Shown: positions 1 to 8,703 of the stretch, piece after piece
Layout of the letters: every line of letters begins with the position of its first letter
How positions within the stretch are numbered: the first letter of the stretch is position 1
Assembly (NCBI GenBank): GCA_965215275.1
Contig: OZ244044.1
Location: 1,093,561-1,157,560 of the forward strand
Origin: Thermodesulfobacteriota bacterium
GTDB taxonomy: Bacteria; Desulfobacterota_D; UBA1144; Nemesobacterales; JAJCZQ01
DNA length: 64,000 nucleotides
Direction: 5' to 3'
Program-made: the position numbers and the translations under genes
The notes under the pieces: model-generated
Database searches by the model: none
What the model was told of the DNA's origin: nothing
Seen by the model: only the letters and a program-made list of their open reading frames with translations

Positions 1-456
1 GTACTGTTTTGCCCCGGTTGCACTTAAAGCACCATAAGTCCGTCCGTGAAAAGAGCCGTGCATGGACACGATGTTATGTTTTTTACCATTGAGAGTGCCC
101 CATTTTCTTGCAAACTTGATCGCACCTTCAACGGCTTCGGTACCCGTATTGCAGAAAAACACCTTGTCGCAGACGGAATTCTCAACCAGATCTCTGGCAA
201 GCCTTGCCTGCGGTTCCATATAAAAGAGATTAGACCCGTGGATGATCTCCCTGCTCTGCGAAGCTATTACGCTCAGAAGGGCAGGATGGGAATGTCCGAG
301 GCTCGTTACTGCAATACCCGTGGTAAAATCAAGCAGCCGCTTACCTTCACTGTTCCAGACCCAGCAGCCTTTACCTCTTTTGATCGCCAAGGGTATTCTT
401 CTGTACGTCCCAAGAACATACTTATCTACCTCGGAGATGATCTCATCGGAGTTCAC
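1..456 (-). CDS. argD: acetylornithine aminotransferase (class III aminotransferase), partial; C-terminus lies beyond the window start. A GTG start overlaps the argB stop.
   Basis: Minus-strand translation gives MNSDEIISEVDKYVLGTYRRIPLAIKRGKGCWVWNSEGKRLLDFTTGIAV...SMHGSFHGRTYGALSATGQNS, which contains class-III aminotransferase motifs. It is absent from the ORF track because there is no stop inside the window. Confidence 0.75.
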   Translation of the reverse strand, partial: MNSDEIISEVDKYVLGTYRRIPLAIKRGKGCWVWNSEGKRLLDFTTGIAVTSLGHSHPALLSVIASQSREIIHGSNLFYMEPQARLARDLVENSVCDKVFFCNTGTEAVEGAIKFARKWGTLNGKKHNIVSMHGSFHGRTYGALSATGAKQY

Positions 457-1334
457 AGCGTTATCTCCGTTCCTATTCCAGCATCGGTAAAAAGTTCAAG
501 TATCAATGCCCGTTCCAACGTACCATCTATAATATGGGTCTTTTCAACCCCTTCATGAAGTGCTTCAAGAGCGCAGACCACTTTCGGTATCATGCCCTGC
601 GAGATGATATTTTTTCCGATCAGGTTTCGTACCTCGGACTCGGTCAGAGAGGAAATAAGCTCCTTTTGTTCATCAAGTATCCCCGGAACGTTGGTAAGAA
701 ATATCAATCTCGTGGCATTTAAGGCACCTGCGATCTTACTTGCCACGTGGTCGGCGTTTATATTATACGTACTGCCTTCATCATCATATCCTACAGGAGC
801 GATCACGGGAATGTAACCTTTATCTTCCAGTGTCCTTATCAAACCGGGGTTTATCTTCTCTACTTCCCCGACCATGCCAATATCCGCATCTGGAGGGATG
901 TTTATTCCGTTCTTTTCAGCAAGCCTGTCAAGGTTTATTTTTTTAGCTGTTATTATCTTTCCTTCCTTACCTGAAAGTCCGACGGCTTTTCCGCCGTAAT
1001 GATTTACGCAGGAGATAATCTCCTGATTTACCTTGCCCACAAGGACCATCTCCACGATCTCCATGGTCTTTTCATCGGTAACCCTGAGACCCGCTATAAA
1101 TTCAGACTCAATACCCTGCTGATTGAGATATTCAGCTATCTGCGGACCACCCCCATGTACGACTACGGGCTTGATCCCAACGTACTTCATAAGAATAAGG
1201 TCGTGAGCAAAACTGGACAGTTCCTTCCTGTCGATGCTCCCGCCGTATTTTATCACCACGGTCCTGCCATGAAAGATCTTTATATAAGGCAGGGCCTCGA
1301 CTAGGATCTGTGCCTTGTTCATAAGCTGTTCCAT
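453..1334 (-). CDS. argB: acetylglutamate kinase
   Basis: 293 aa with the amino-acid kinase fold motifs VVIKYGGS and VVHGGGPQI; argB-argD arrangement. Confidence 0.9.
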   Translation of the reverse strand: MEQLMNKAQILVEALPYIKIFHGRTVVIKYGGSIDRKELSSFAHDLILMKYVGIKPVVVHGGGPQIAEYLNQQGIESEFIAGLRVTDEKTMEIVEMVLVGKVNQEIISCVNHYGGKAVGLSGKEGKIITAKKINLDRLAEKNGINIPPDADIGMVGEVEKINPGLIRTLEDKGYIPVIAPVGYDDEGSTYNINADHVASKIAGALNATRLIFLTNVPGILDEQKELISSLTESEVRNLIGKNIISQGMIPKVVCALEALHEGVEKTHIIDGTLERALILELFTDAGIGTEITL

Positions 1335-1380
1335 ATTTATCCAGCCGCCTTTAATTGTGAAAAAGATGAATATATATTAT

Positions 1381-2941
1381 GGGAATTATATACTCTGTTA
1401 GACAAAGACAGGCAAATAGCTTTGATAGTGCTGTAAAATTAGGGAATTATATATAGATATGGATAGTGAAGGAAGTGTGATCAGAAAGACGAGAGTAGAC
1501 CTCAGGGCGGTTAAGTTGGATCCGTCTGCTCATAAGAAACTGGAATCTATGTTAAACCAGCTTACCTATCTTTATAACCGAGCTCGTGAAGAAAGGATAA
1601 GATCATATGATAAATATGAGAAACTGATGAAATGGGGTTTATCAGAAAAGAGATTTAAGACGTATTTCTATCCCCACTGGAAGTCTGGACTTTCTTATAA
1701 TAAAGGTAATACAGTTAAACATATAGACAAGGTATATATAGCTCTTAACAGGGTTAGAAGTGAAGTCCGACCTTGTAACGACCCGTTAAACTGGAGAGAG
1801 TTATCAGAAAAAGAAATAGGAAAGAAGTCGATCAGTTACGAAGATCAGGCAAGATCACTGACGGAAATAAGGAACGACCTTTTACTGTCTGATGAGTTTA
1901 GTAAGGTTGACGCTCAAGCGCAACAGCGGACGTTACAAAGACTGGATAAGGCTTATAAAGAATATCTAAAAGGGATACGTGGTCGTCCGAGATATAAGAA
2001 CAGTAGCAGAAAGATAAAAAGTTTTGAAACTTACCAATGGAGTAGAGTTAAGAAACAAGACAGAAGAACTTCCTTGTCCGTAAAAGGAGCAGGCAGGATG
2101 AGTTTCAAAGGCAGGATACCGGAAGGAACTAAATACATAAGGATAGTAAGAACTGCTTTAAGAGTAGAGATACAGTTTGTATATGAAACAGTTGCAGGAG
2201 TGGACAGAGGGTCAGACAGACCGATAGGGATAGATCTCGGAGTGAAGAACAGAATTACCTTATCGGATGGAACTTTCTATAAAGGAACAGAAATAGACAG
2301 GAAGGAACTTAAAAGAAAGCAAAGAGCATTAAGCAGAGCTGAAAAAGGATCTAACAACAGAAACAAGAAGAAAACAGCTTATGCCAAAGAACGTGCAAGG
2401 ACCACTGAAAGGGAACATAATAAAATACATGAATTAACTACAGGGATAGTAAAGGGTCATGGTAATCATTTTATAGTAGAAGATCTGAAGTTAAAGAACA
2501 TGACAAAGTCCGCTAAGGGGACATTGAAAGATCCTGGCAAGAAAGTAAAGCAGAAATCGGGATTGAACAGGTCTATACAGGAGCAGCAATTGGGAAAGGT
2601 CATTAGTCAGCTTACTTACAAGGTTGAGAGCACTGGAGGTAAGATAACTAAAGTTCCATCCCAATACACAAGCCAGACCTGTTCTGCATGCGGATACGTA
2701 GCTAAAAATAACAGAAAAGGAGAGTTATTTAAGTGCATGTCCTGTGGTTATACAGGCCATGCTGACTTAAACGCAGCTAATAACGTTCTCAAAAGAGGTT
2801 TATTCTTTTTGTCGGGTGGGAATAAGGACGAGAGTCTCCCGATGCAAGCTGGGAACATGATATCAAAAGAGAACGGGGTCAGAGGGACTCTGCTTGCAGA
2901 ACAGTATATTTAGTATTTGTATAATAGAGTATATAATTCCC
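1381..2941 (+). mobile_element. TnpB-carrying insertion element bounded by 27-28 bp imperfect terminal inverted repeats (gggaattatatactct...)
   Basis: Left end 1381-1408 is gggaattatatactctgttagacaaaga. The reverse complement of 2914-2941 is gggaattatatactctattatacaaata. They match at 25/28 positions, and the first 16 nt are identical. Confidence 0.7.
1459..2913 (+). CDS. tnpB: TnpB (IS605 OrfB / IS1341-type RNA-guided nuclease-like transposon protein) with a C-terminal Zn-finger
   Basis: 484 aa. Central RuvC-like region GIDLGVKN and C-terminal CSACGY...CMSCGY Zn-ribbon, typical of the OrfB_IS605 / OrfB_Zn_ribbon family. Confidence 0.85.
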   Translation: MDSEGSVIRKTRVDLRAVKLDPSAHKKLESMLNQLTYLYNRAREERIRSYDKYEKLMKWGLSEKRFKTYFYPHWKSGLSYNKGNTVKHIDKVYIALNRVRSEVRPCNDPLNWRELSEKEIGKKSISYEDQARSLTEIRNDLLLSDEFSKVDAQAQQRTLQRLDKAYKEYLKGIRGRPRYKNSSRKIKSFETYQWSRVKKQDRRTSLSVKGAGRMSFKGRIPEGTKYIRIVRTALRVEIQFVYETVAGVDRGSDRPIGIDLGVKNRITLSDGTFYKGTEIDRKELKRKQRALSRAEKGSNNRNKKKTAYAKERARTTEREHNKIHELTTGIVKGHGNHFIVEDLKLKNMTKSAKGTLKDPGKKVKQKSGLNRSIQEQQLGKVISQLTYKVESTGGKITKVPSQYTSQTCSACGYVAKNNRKGELFKCMSCGYTGHADLNAANNVLKRGLFFLSGGNKDESLPMQAGNMISKENGVRGTLLAEQYI

Positions 2942-3087
2942 TTGCTTAATGACAAGGTTCAACGAACTTACGGTCTGAAAGGGATAAGGTCCGAGTAAAC
3001 AGTTCATCTGCTGAAGCAAATTGCTACAAATGTCCTTTATTTATAATTTAACTAAGGTGTACTTTTGTAACGGTTTTAGGAATTCCG

Positions 3088-4665
3088 ATGATTAAACTAT
3101 CTTCTCTGGTTCCATTTTTGATATTTTCCACCTGGCTGATGCTTTCAGGAGAGATGGCAATATCCCAGGAAAGGCTGACCCTGTCCTTGGAAGAAGCCAA
3201 GACGACCGCACTTGTAAACAACAGGAACATAGAACTGCAGAAACAGAGCATAGGCTATGCAGAAGGTGACATAATAAAAGAAAAAGGGGCTTTTGATCCA
3301 TTTCTGAGACTGAATACATCCTATTCCAATATTGAATCCCCCGTGATAAGTGCCTTTAATGAGAGCGGCAGATTAACAGAAAAAAGATTTAATATTGAAA
3401 ACAGCGTAACCGGCAGATTATCAACGGGTACCTTCTACGACCTGTACAGTTTCTCCGTTTCCAGAGTAGAGTCCGACTCGCCGGTAGAATCCCTGAACCC
3501 GGAGCTTTTTACATCTCTCGGCTTTGGGATTGGTCAGGAACTGCTGAAGAACTTCGGTGTAAGCGTGAACAGGGCACGGCTGTTCGTCGCCAGAAAAAAT
3601 CTGGAGATATCGAGGGTGCGGTTCGAGAAAGTCGTATCGGACGTTCTGTTCGAGACAGAACAGTATTACTGGGATCTGGTCGCTTCCATACAGAACGTAA
3701 AACTTGAAAAAAGTGCACTGGAACTGGCGGAAGACCTGGAACAAAGAAACACCGTTGAAGTAGAGGTCGGCACTTTACCGTCAGTAGCAATAACTCAGGC
3801 AAAGTCGGAGGTTGCTTTCAGGAACGTAAGTCTTTTAAATGAGAAAAATTTAATGGAAAGGGCCGAGGATAAGCTTAAAAACGCTCTTGGACTGGTCTAC
3901 AGCATCAAAGTCGTGCCGACCGAAAAGCCCGAGATCTACATCGAAGAGAACATAGATGAGAACGAGGCACTTGCAACCGCTTTTAAAAACAGACCTGAAC
4001 TTGCCGAAGTTTTGCTTGATATAGAGAAAAGTAAAAGACTGGTGAGATTTTATTCCAATCAGAAGTTGCCGAACCTGACAGTGAACGCCTTTTTGCAATT
4101 CCAGGGGGTGGGAGGGGACGAAAGATCAGACAGGTTGTTCTTTAATGCACAAAAGGAACCTATACAGGACAGTTTTCTGGGAGAATCAAAGGCGTTCAAT
4201 ACGCTTGTAAACAGGGATTTTCCCGGCTGGTCGGTCATGGGTACTTTCACCTATCCATTGTTCAACAGAGATGCCAAGGGGGATCACATAAAGGCAGTTG
4301 CAGAAATGAACAGACAGATGATCAGCTACAAGAAGGTAAAAGAGCAGATAGAACTTGAGGTCAGGGACGCCATAAGGGAGGTCAGGAACGGCAGAAAGAG
4401 AATAGACGCGACCCAGAAGGCCGTGGAACTGGCTGAAGAAGTGGTTATGAACGATGAAGAAAGACTTAAGGTCGGGATCGCTACCACAAGGGAAGTGCTC
4501 GAAGCACAGCGGGACCTGATCTATGCACAAACGGCACGGGTAGAAGCGATCGCTCAGTACAATATCTCTATCGCCGCTCTTGAAAAAGCCAAGGGAACGT
4601 TGCTGTTGAAAAACAACGTAGTGATCAAAGATAACGGCAACTTTAACGTAGGTCTGGTTCAGTAA
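3088..4665 (+). CDS. TolC-like outer membrane efflux protein (OEP family)
   Basis: 525 aa, N-terminal signal peptide, two-repeat coiled-coil architecture typical of outer-membrane factor proteins. Lies between two mobile elements. Confidence 0.7.
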   Translation: MIKLSSLVPFLIFSTWLMLSGEMAISQERLTLSLEEAKTTALVNNRNIELQKQSIGYAEGDIIKEKGAFDPFLRLNTSYSNIESPVISAFNESGRLTEKRFNIENSVTGRLSTGTFYDLYSFSVSRVESDSPVESLNPELFTSLGFGIGQELLKNFGVSVNRARLFVARKNLEISRVRFEKVVSDVLFETEQYYWDLVASIQNVKLEKSALELAEDLEQRNTVEVEVGTLPSVAITQAKSEVAFRNVSLLNEKNLMERAEDKLKNALGLVYSIKVVPTEKPEIYIEENIDENEALATAFKNRPELAEVLLDIEKSKRLVRFYSNQKLPNLTVNAFLQFQGVGGDERSDRLFFNAQKEPIQDSFLGESKAFNTLVNRDFPGWSVMGTFTYPLFNRDAKGDHIKAVAEMNRQMISYKKVKEQIELEVRDAIREVRNGRKRIDATQKAVELAEEVVMNDEERLKVGIATTREVLEAQRDLIYAQTARVEAIAQYNISIAALEKAKGTLLLKNNVVIKDNGNFNVGLVQ

Positions 4666-4823
4666 AATATATAAAAGCAGATAAACAGTGTTCAGTCAGC
4701 ACAAGCCGAATTATTTAATTTGGGAATTATATACAATAGTGACGAAGCCTCCAATAAATAGTTGACAAACTATAGATTTGTCATTATTACAGGTAAGAAA
4801 ATTAAATAACTGGAGGAAGTTAT

Positions 4824-5765
4824 ATGTCAAAGAAAGCACCTGGGAAATCATACAGGAAAGGGATATCGTTAGTAAAGTTATTCAGGAAATTCCCTTCTGA
4901 TGCTGTTGCAGAGGAATGGTTTGTAAAACAGAGGTGGGGAAAGGAACCCGTATGTCCGTATTGCGGGACAAGAAACGTTCAGACCGGGACTGGTCATAAG
5001 ACAATGCCGTACAGGTACAGGGAAAAAGGACGTTCGAAATGGTTCAGTGCAAGGAGCAGGACAGTTATGCAGTCTTCTAATATCAGGTATCAGGCTTGGG
5101 CAGTGGCAATATATCTTTTTGCCACGTCATTAAAGGGAGTATCAAGTATGAAACTGCATAGAGATCTGGATATTACGCATAGGTCAGCATGGCATTTATC
5201 GCATCGTATCAGAGAGGCGTGGAACAGAGAAGAACTGCAAGTGTTTACAGGCTCCGTGGAGGCAGATGAGACGTTTACAGGTGGAAAGGAGAGAAACAAG
5301 CATAACAACAGGCGTAGTCATACACGAGGACCTGGAGGGAAGTCCATTGTTGCAGGAATGAAGAACAGAGAGACAAACAGGGTAACAGCACAACCGGTTT
5401 CTGAACGTAGTAAAGAGGAAATACAGGGTTTTACAGTTAAGAACGCAGGTAGTGGAGTAAAAACATATACCGATGATCATAAAAGCTATACAGGGTTGCC
5501 TTATGAGCATGAGAGCGTGGATCATAGTGTAAGGGAGTACGTTAAAGAGCAGGCACATGTAAACGGAGTGGGATCGTTCCGGGCAATGTTAAAAAGAGGA
5601 TATACCGGCACGTACCACAGAATGAGTAAAAAGCATTTAAATCGTTATGTAAATGAGTTTTCGGGGAGGCATAATATAAGAAGACTGGACACGGAAGATC
5701 AGATGGGAACAACAGCAAGGGCAATGTATGGAAAGACCTTGCCTTATAAAGAACTGATAAGGTAA
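4824..5765 (+). CDS. ISXO2-like / IS1595-family DDE transposase
   Basis: 313 aa with an N-terminal Zn-finger (CPYCGT) and an ADETFTGGKERNKH motif, characteristic of ISXO2-like transposases. Confidence 0.85.
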   Translation: MSKKAPGKSYRKGISLVKLFRKFPSDAVAEEWFVKQRWGKEPVCPYCGTRNVQTGTGHKTMPYRYREKGRSKWFSARSRTVMQSSNIRYQAWAVAIYLFATSLKGVSSMKLHRDLDITHRSAWHLSHRIREAWNREELQVFTGSVEADETFTGGKERNKHNNRRSHTRGPGGKSIVAGMKNRETNRVTAQPVSERSKEEIQGFTVKNAGSGVKTYTDDHKSYTGLPYEHESVDHSVREYVKEQAHVNGVGSFRAMLKRGYTGTYHRMSKKHLNRYVNEFSGRHNIRRLDTEDQMGTTARAMYGKTLPYKELIR

Positions 5766-5817
5766 TATGAATAATGTTACAGGATAAAAAACAGACCAAA
5801 AAACAAAGAAACTTGCA

Positions 5818-6006
5818 ATGACGAACAGGAAAAAAACAATAGAGATCTTGCCAGGCAGTTATGAACCGACAGAAGAAGAGAAAGAGCATCCGTTTTCTAT
5901 TGATACAACTCCGCAAAAGTCAGCAAAAGCTATCCTCCAGCCTGTCAACGTTAAAAAGAAGGATGTAAAGAAACACGTTGCTGAACGTTCAAAAAACAGG
6001 AAATGA
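5818..6006 (+). CDS. small Lys/Glu-rich passenger ORF inside the IS1595 element (hypothetical)
   Basis: 62-aa ORF between the transposase stop and IRR. No recognisable domain. Confidence 0.25.
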   Translation: MTNRKKTIEILPGSYEPTEEEKEHPFSIDTTPQKSAKAILQPVNVKKKDVKKHVAERSKNRK

Positions 6007-6103
6007 TCCAGGTTTCGTCACTATTGTATATAATTCCCATTTAATTTAACTGTCTCAAATACTTTTATTTTTGATATAACTTACTGAAATAATTTAGTTT
6101 TTA

Positions 6104-6625
6104 TTGACAAAATGGTTATTATATAATATACTTTTATACATACTAATAATGAAACTTTTTAACAGACTGAATAAAAAAGTCACTAAGTTTTTGTCAAAAA
6201 AAGTCCTATTCAAAAGGTTTATCTCTAAAAAAAGAGATAAAAAAGACATATGTCAATTAATCCCTAATATAATAAATGCTGATAATAATTGCGCTCTTAT
6301 TGCACTTCATCTTTTGTTTCCAAAAATTCCGGAAGATAAAATATTAGACGCATTTTACCATTGTTGCGAAAAGTGGCCAAATGAGGGAGTTACAAACAAA
6401 GAGTTTAATATTGCTCTTAAATTTTTAAACCTGGACAAAAAAGTTTGTTATCACGGAAATGAAACAATTGTTCAATTACTATTAGCACATAAAGATAGAG
6501 CTTTTATAAGTTTAGTACACGGACACTTTTTGGTTATTTCGTTCGGTAGAATTTTAGAGTTTTTCAGTTGTTATTGGACTAACTGTAAAGAAGCAAAAGT
6601 CTATTGTTATTGGGAAAAACTTTAG
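6104..6625 (+). CDS. hypothetical protein; predicted papain-fold Cys peptidase (deubiquitinase-like Cys-box and His-box)
   Basis: 173 aa. NNCALIALHLL resembles a USP/papain Cys-box. HGHFLVISF resembles the USP His-box GHY. Lies in an AT-rich islet. Assignment by eye only. Confidence 0.35.
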   Translation: MTKWLLYNILLYILIMKLFNRLNKKVTKFLSKKVLFKRFISKKRDKKDICQLIPNIINADNNCALIALHLLFPKIPEDKILDAFYHCCEKWPNEGVTNKEFNIALKFLNLDKKVCYHGNETIVQLLLAHKDRAFISLVHGHFLVISFGRILEFFSCYWTNCKEAKVYCYWEKL

Positions 6626-7287
6626 CAAGGGGCATAGTTTCTGTATTTTTTATGACATTTGCGAAACTCTTTAGACTCTGGATTTTGCAAATGATGTAAC
6701 AGCATCATAAATCCAACTGAAGTTGCCTCCATTATTATTGCTGTATATGAACCGTAATCGCCATAACCATCATCGCCGGCGTTTTCTAAACTTAGAGGCT
6801 TTGGGTTCCAAAAGCAGGTATATTCTGAAAAGTGTTTTTTGATACCAACACCAATAGAAAGCGTTTTAATGATTTCTCCTGCTCTGCCAACTTCATTGCA
6901 CAACTCGCCACAAGTAATACGAGCATCATTGGTATCTGGAACATTAATAACAATCTGAGAATCACTTACAGTATCCCTCGCCTTTATAGCTTCTGAAGGA
7001 ATGTCTGGAGTGTGTCTTTTCAGATGATGGGGTATGATCTTGATTTCAATTTCTGAGTTAATAAGGTTTGTTAATTTATCTTTTAAAACATAAACTTTAT
7101 ATTTACCAATATCAGTCCGTATGAAATTTCCTCTGTTTAGGTTGCTTATATCAACTTTATCCCCATCTATAAGAGCTAAATGTTTAGCCCCAGTCCTTAC
7201 TAACATTTCAGCAAATACACTTCCAACGGCACCGCAACCAACAATACAAAATTTGGGAACTATATAGGAAAGTTGACAAAATCCCAT
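6622..7287 (-). CDS. ThiF/MoeB/E1-like adenylyltransferase (minimal E1)
   Basis: 221 aa. Rossmann motif VGCGAVGS followed by DGDKVDISNLNRG, matching the E1 hallmark DxDxVxxSNLNRQ. No adjacent thiS/moaD. Confidence 0.7.
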   Translation of the reverse strand: MGFCQLSYIVPKFCIVGCGAVGSVFAEMLVRTGAKHLALIDGDKVDISNLNRGNFIRTDIGKYKVYVLKDKLTNLINSEIEIKIIPHHLKRHTPDIPSEAIKARDTVSDSQIVINVPDTNDARITCGELCNEVGRAGEIIKTLSIGVGIKKHFSEYTCFWNPKPLSLENAGDDGYGDYGSYTAIIMEATSVGFMMLLHHLQNPESKEFRKCHKKYRNYAPC

Positions 7288-7295
7288 AACTCCCT

Positions 7296-7481
7296 TTAAT
7301 CATTAACTTCTTTTATAAGAGGATTTCCTTTAGGATCTACTACTAATTTAAACCTTTTTTTCAGTTCTTCTTTGGTTGGTTTTTTAGGTCGTTTATGCGG
7401 GATCGAACCCATTTTTAACAACATCTTTGATGCTTTATCTATTGCTTGTTCTTTTTCTTTTTTTGCTTTTAATCTTTTCAT
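7296..7481 (-). CDS. small basic protein (61 aa, Lys-rich), hypothetical
   Basis: ORF immediately upstream of the E1-like gene on the same strand. Highly basic. No GG terminus. Confidence 0.3.
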   Translation of the reverse strand: MKRLKAKKEKEQAIDKASKMLLKMGSIPHKRPKKPTKEELKKRFKLVVDPKGNPLIKEVND

Positions 7482-7535
7482 TATAAAACAAATAACTATT
7501 AAATATGATCAAGACTCCTCCATCATATGTCATCA

Positions 7536-8481
7536 TTACTGTGTTAACTCTTCAAAGGTTATAGTTTTTCCTGCCATATTTCTAAAAAGTGCATCCAGTT
7601 GATCTTGCGTGTCTGTTTTTACATTACCTTCATTTAACCTGAACGAAAACTCATCTATATATTTCTTAAGATGTTTTTTATTCCAATTGTGATATACACC
7701 TTTGTATCCACCCTTTAATACTGCCCAGACACTTTCAACCCCGTTTGTAGAAGCCATCGTATTTACAAACTCTTTTGCCCAATGATCGACCGTCTTATGC
7801 TCAAATTCTCTATCTGATAAACCTCTGTATCCTCTATGCTCATCTGTGTATATAATGGAACCTTCTGCAATGTTCTCTTTTATCTCTCTTGAAAGAGTTT
7901 CACTCTCTCTGTTCCGGATCACTTTTGCTCTGGTTCTGCCTCCCTTCTCCCTCATACCTGATATACAGACCTTTCCTGCAACTCCTCTGCCTTTATTTCG
8001 TTTCTTGCTCCCGTGCTTGTTCTTCTCAAGTCCACCTATGTATGTCTCGTCTATCTCTACTTCTCCTTTCAATAATACTTCCATATTACTTCCACAAGCA
8101 AGTCGCAACCTATGCAGCATATACCAGGCTGTTGTCTGGGTTACTTCTAACTCCTTGCTCAACTGTAAACTGCTTATTCCCTTTCGGGAAGTCATAAGCA
8201 AATATCCTGCAAATATCCACTTCCGCATACTCAAGTGGAGTGCCTGTTAAAGCAGTAAAATAACTCCGGCATTCCTTACACCAATACCTGCCATATGGTT
8301 TCTTCTGTCGTGTTATTTTCTTGCTGCTTCCACACTTTGTGCAGTTTATTTTCTTTCCCCAGCGTAATCCCTCAAAATACTTAATTACAGATTCTTTTGC
8401 AGGATACTTTTCCATTAACCCAAATAAACTGACCGTCTTCACATGTCTTTTTTTCATACAATAAATATGATCTTCTATCAT
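7536..8481 (-). pseudogene. IS1595-family (ISXO2-like) transposase disrupted by a frameshift; a second, divergent IS copy
   Basis: The N-terminal Zn-finger part (8110-8481) and the DDE part with GEVEIDETYIGGLEKNKH (7536-8234) sit in different frames and overlap at 8110-8234. Homologous to the intact 4824-5765 transposase. Confidence 0.75.
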
Positions 8482-8569
8482 CTCTTGTCAACTCTTGTGT
8501 CAATATATCCCCTGTTTTGTCAACTTCCCTATATAGTTCCCTAAGAAAGGAAAGAGAAAGACGTTATAC

Positions 8570-8599
8570 TTGACATTCGTTCATAATACCTGGTAAAAT
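8570..8599 (+). promoter_or_regulatory. sigma70-type promoter (TTGACA, 18-nt spacer, TAAAAT) for subtilase-family paralog 1
   Basis: TTGACA at 8570-8575 and TAAAAT at 8594-8599. The same block is conserved upstream of paralogs 2 and 3. Confidence 0.6.
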
Positions 8600-8645
8600 A
8601 AAAGAGTTATGAAAAGTTCAAACATAAAAACACGTAGTTCCATTA

Positions 8646-8657
8646 CCCCCCCCCCCC
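8646..8657 (+). repeat. homopolymeric C12 tract in the 5' UTR of paralog 1
   Basis: 12 consecutive C at 8646-8657. Paralog 2 has C11 at the equivalent site. Confidence 0.9.
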
Positions 8658-8703
8658 GTGTATACCTGACCTTTCAGCCTGGTATAAATATTTTGTAAGA
8701 ACA

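Larger units (their letters stand above)
4722..6038 (+). mobile_element. IS1595-family (ISXO2-like) insertion sequence with perfect 25-bp terminal inverted repeats and a 9-bp direct duplication of the flank
   Basis: IRL 4722-4746 is gggaattatatacaatagtgacgaa. IRR 6014-6038 is its exact reverse complement. The flanks atttaattt at 4713-4721 and 6039-6047 are identical, consistent with a target-site duplication. Confidence 0.85.

Noticed and set aside
46-558. 170-aa plus-strand ORF at the window start (and 242-490)
   Set aside because: It lies antisense to the well-supported argD/argB coding sequence. No domain, and the composition mirrors the opposite strand.
6622-7287. ThiF-like gene as ordinary thiamine (ThiF) or molybdopterin (MoeB) biosynthesis enzyme
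   Set aside because: Not excluded, but no thiS/moaD/thiG/moaE partners nearby, and it sits in an AT-rich islet flanked by IS elements next to a peptidase-like ORF. Therefore flagged as a candidate Ubl-system E1 instead.
8609-8698. 30-codon upstream ORF reading through the C12 tract as a real leader peptide gene
   Set aside because: No SD, and not conserved in paralog 2 (different termination point with C11). Kept only as a possible translational-coupling element within the phase-variation finding.
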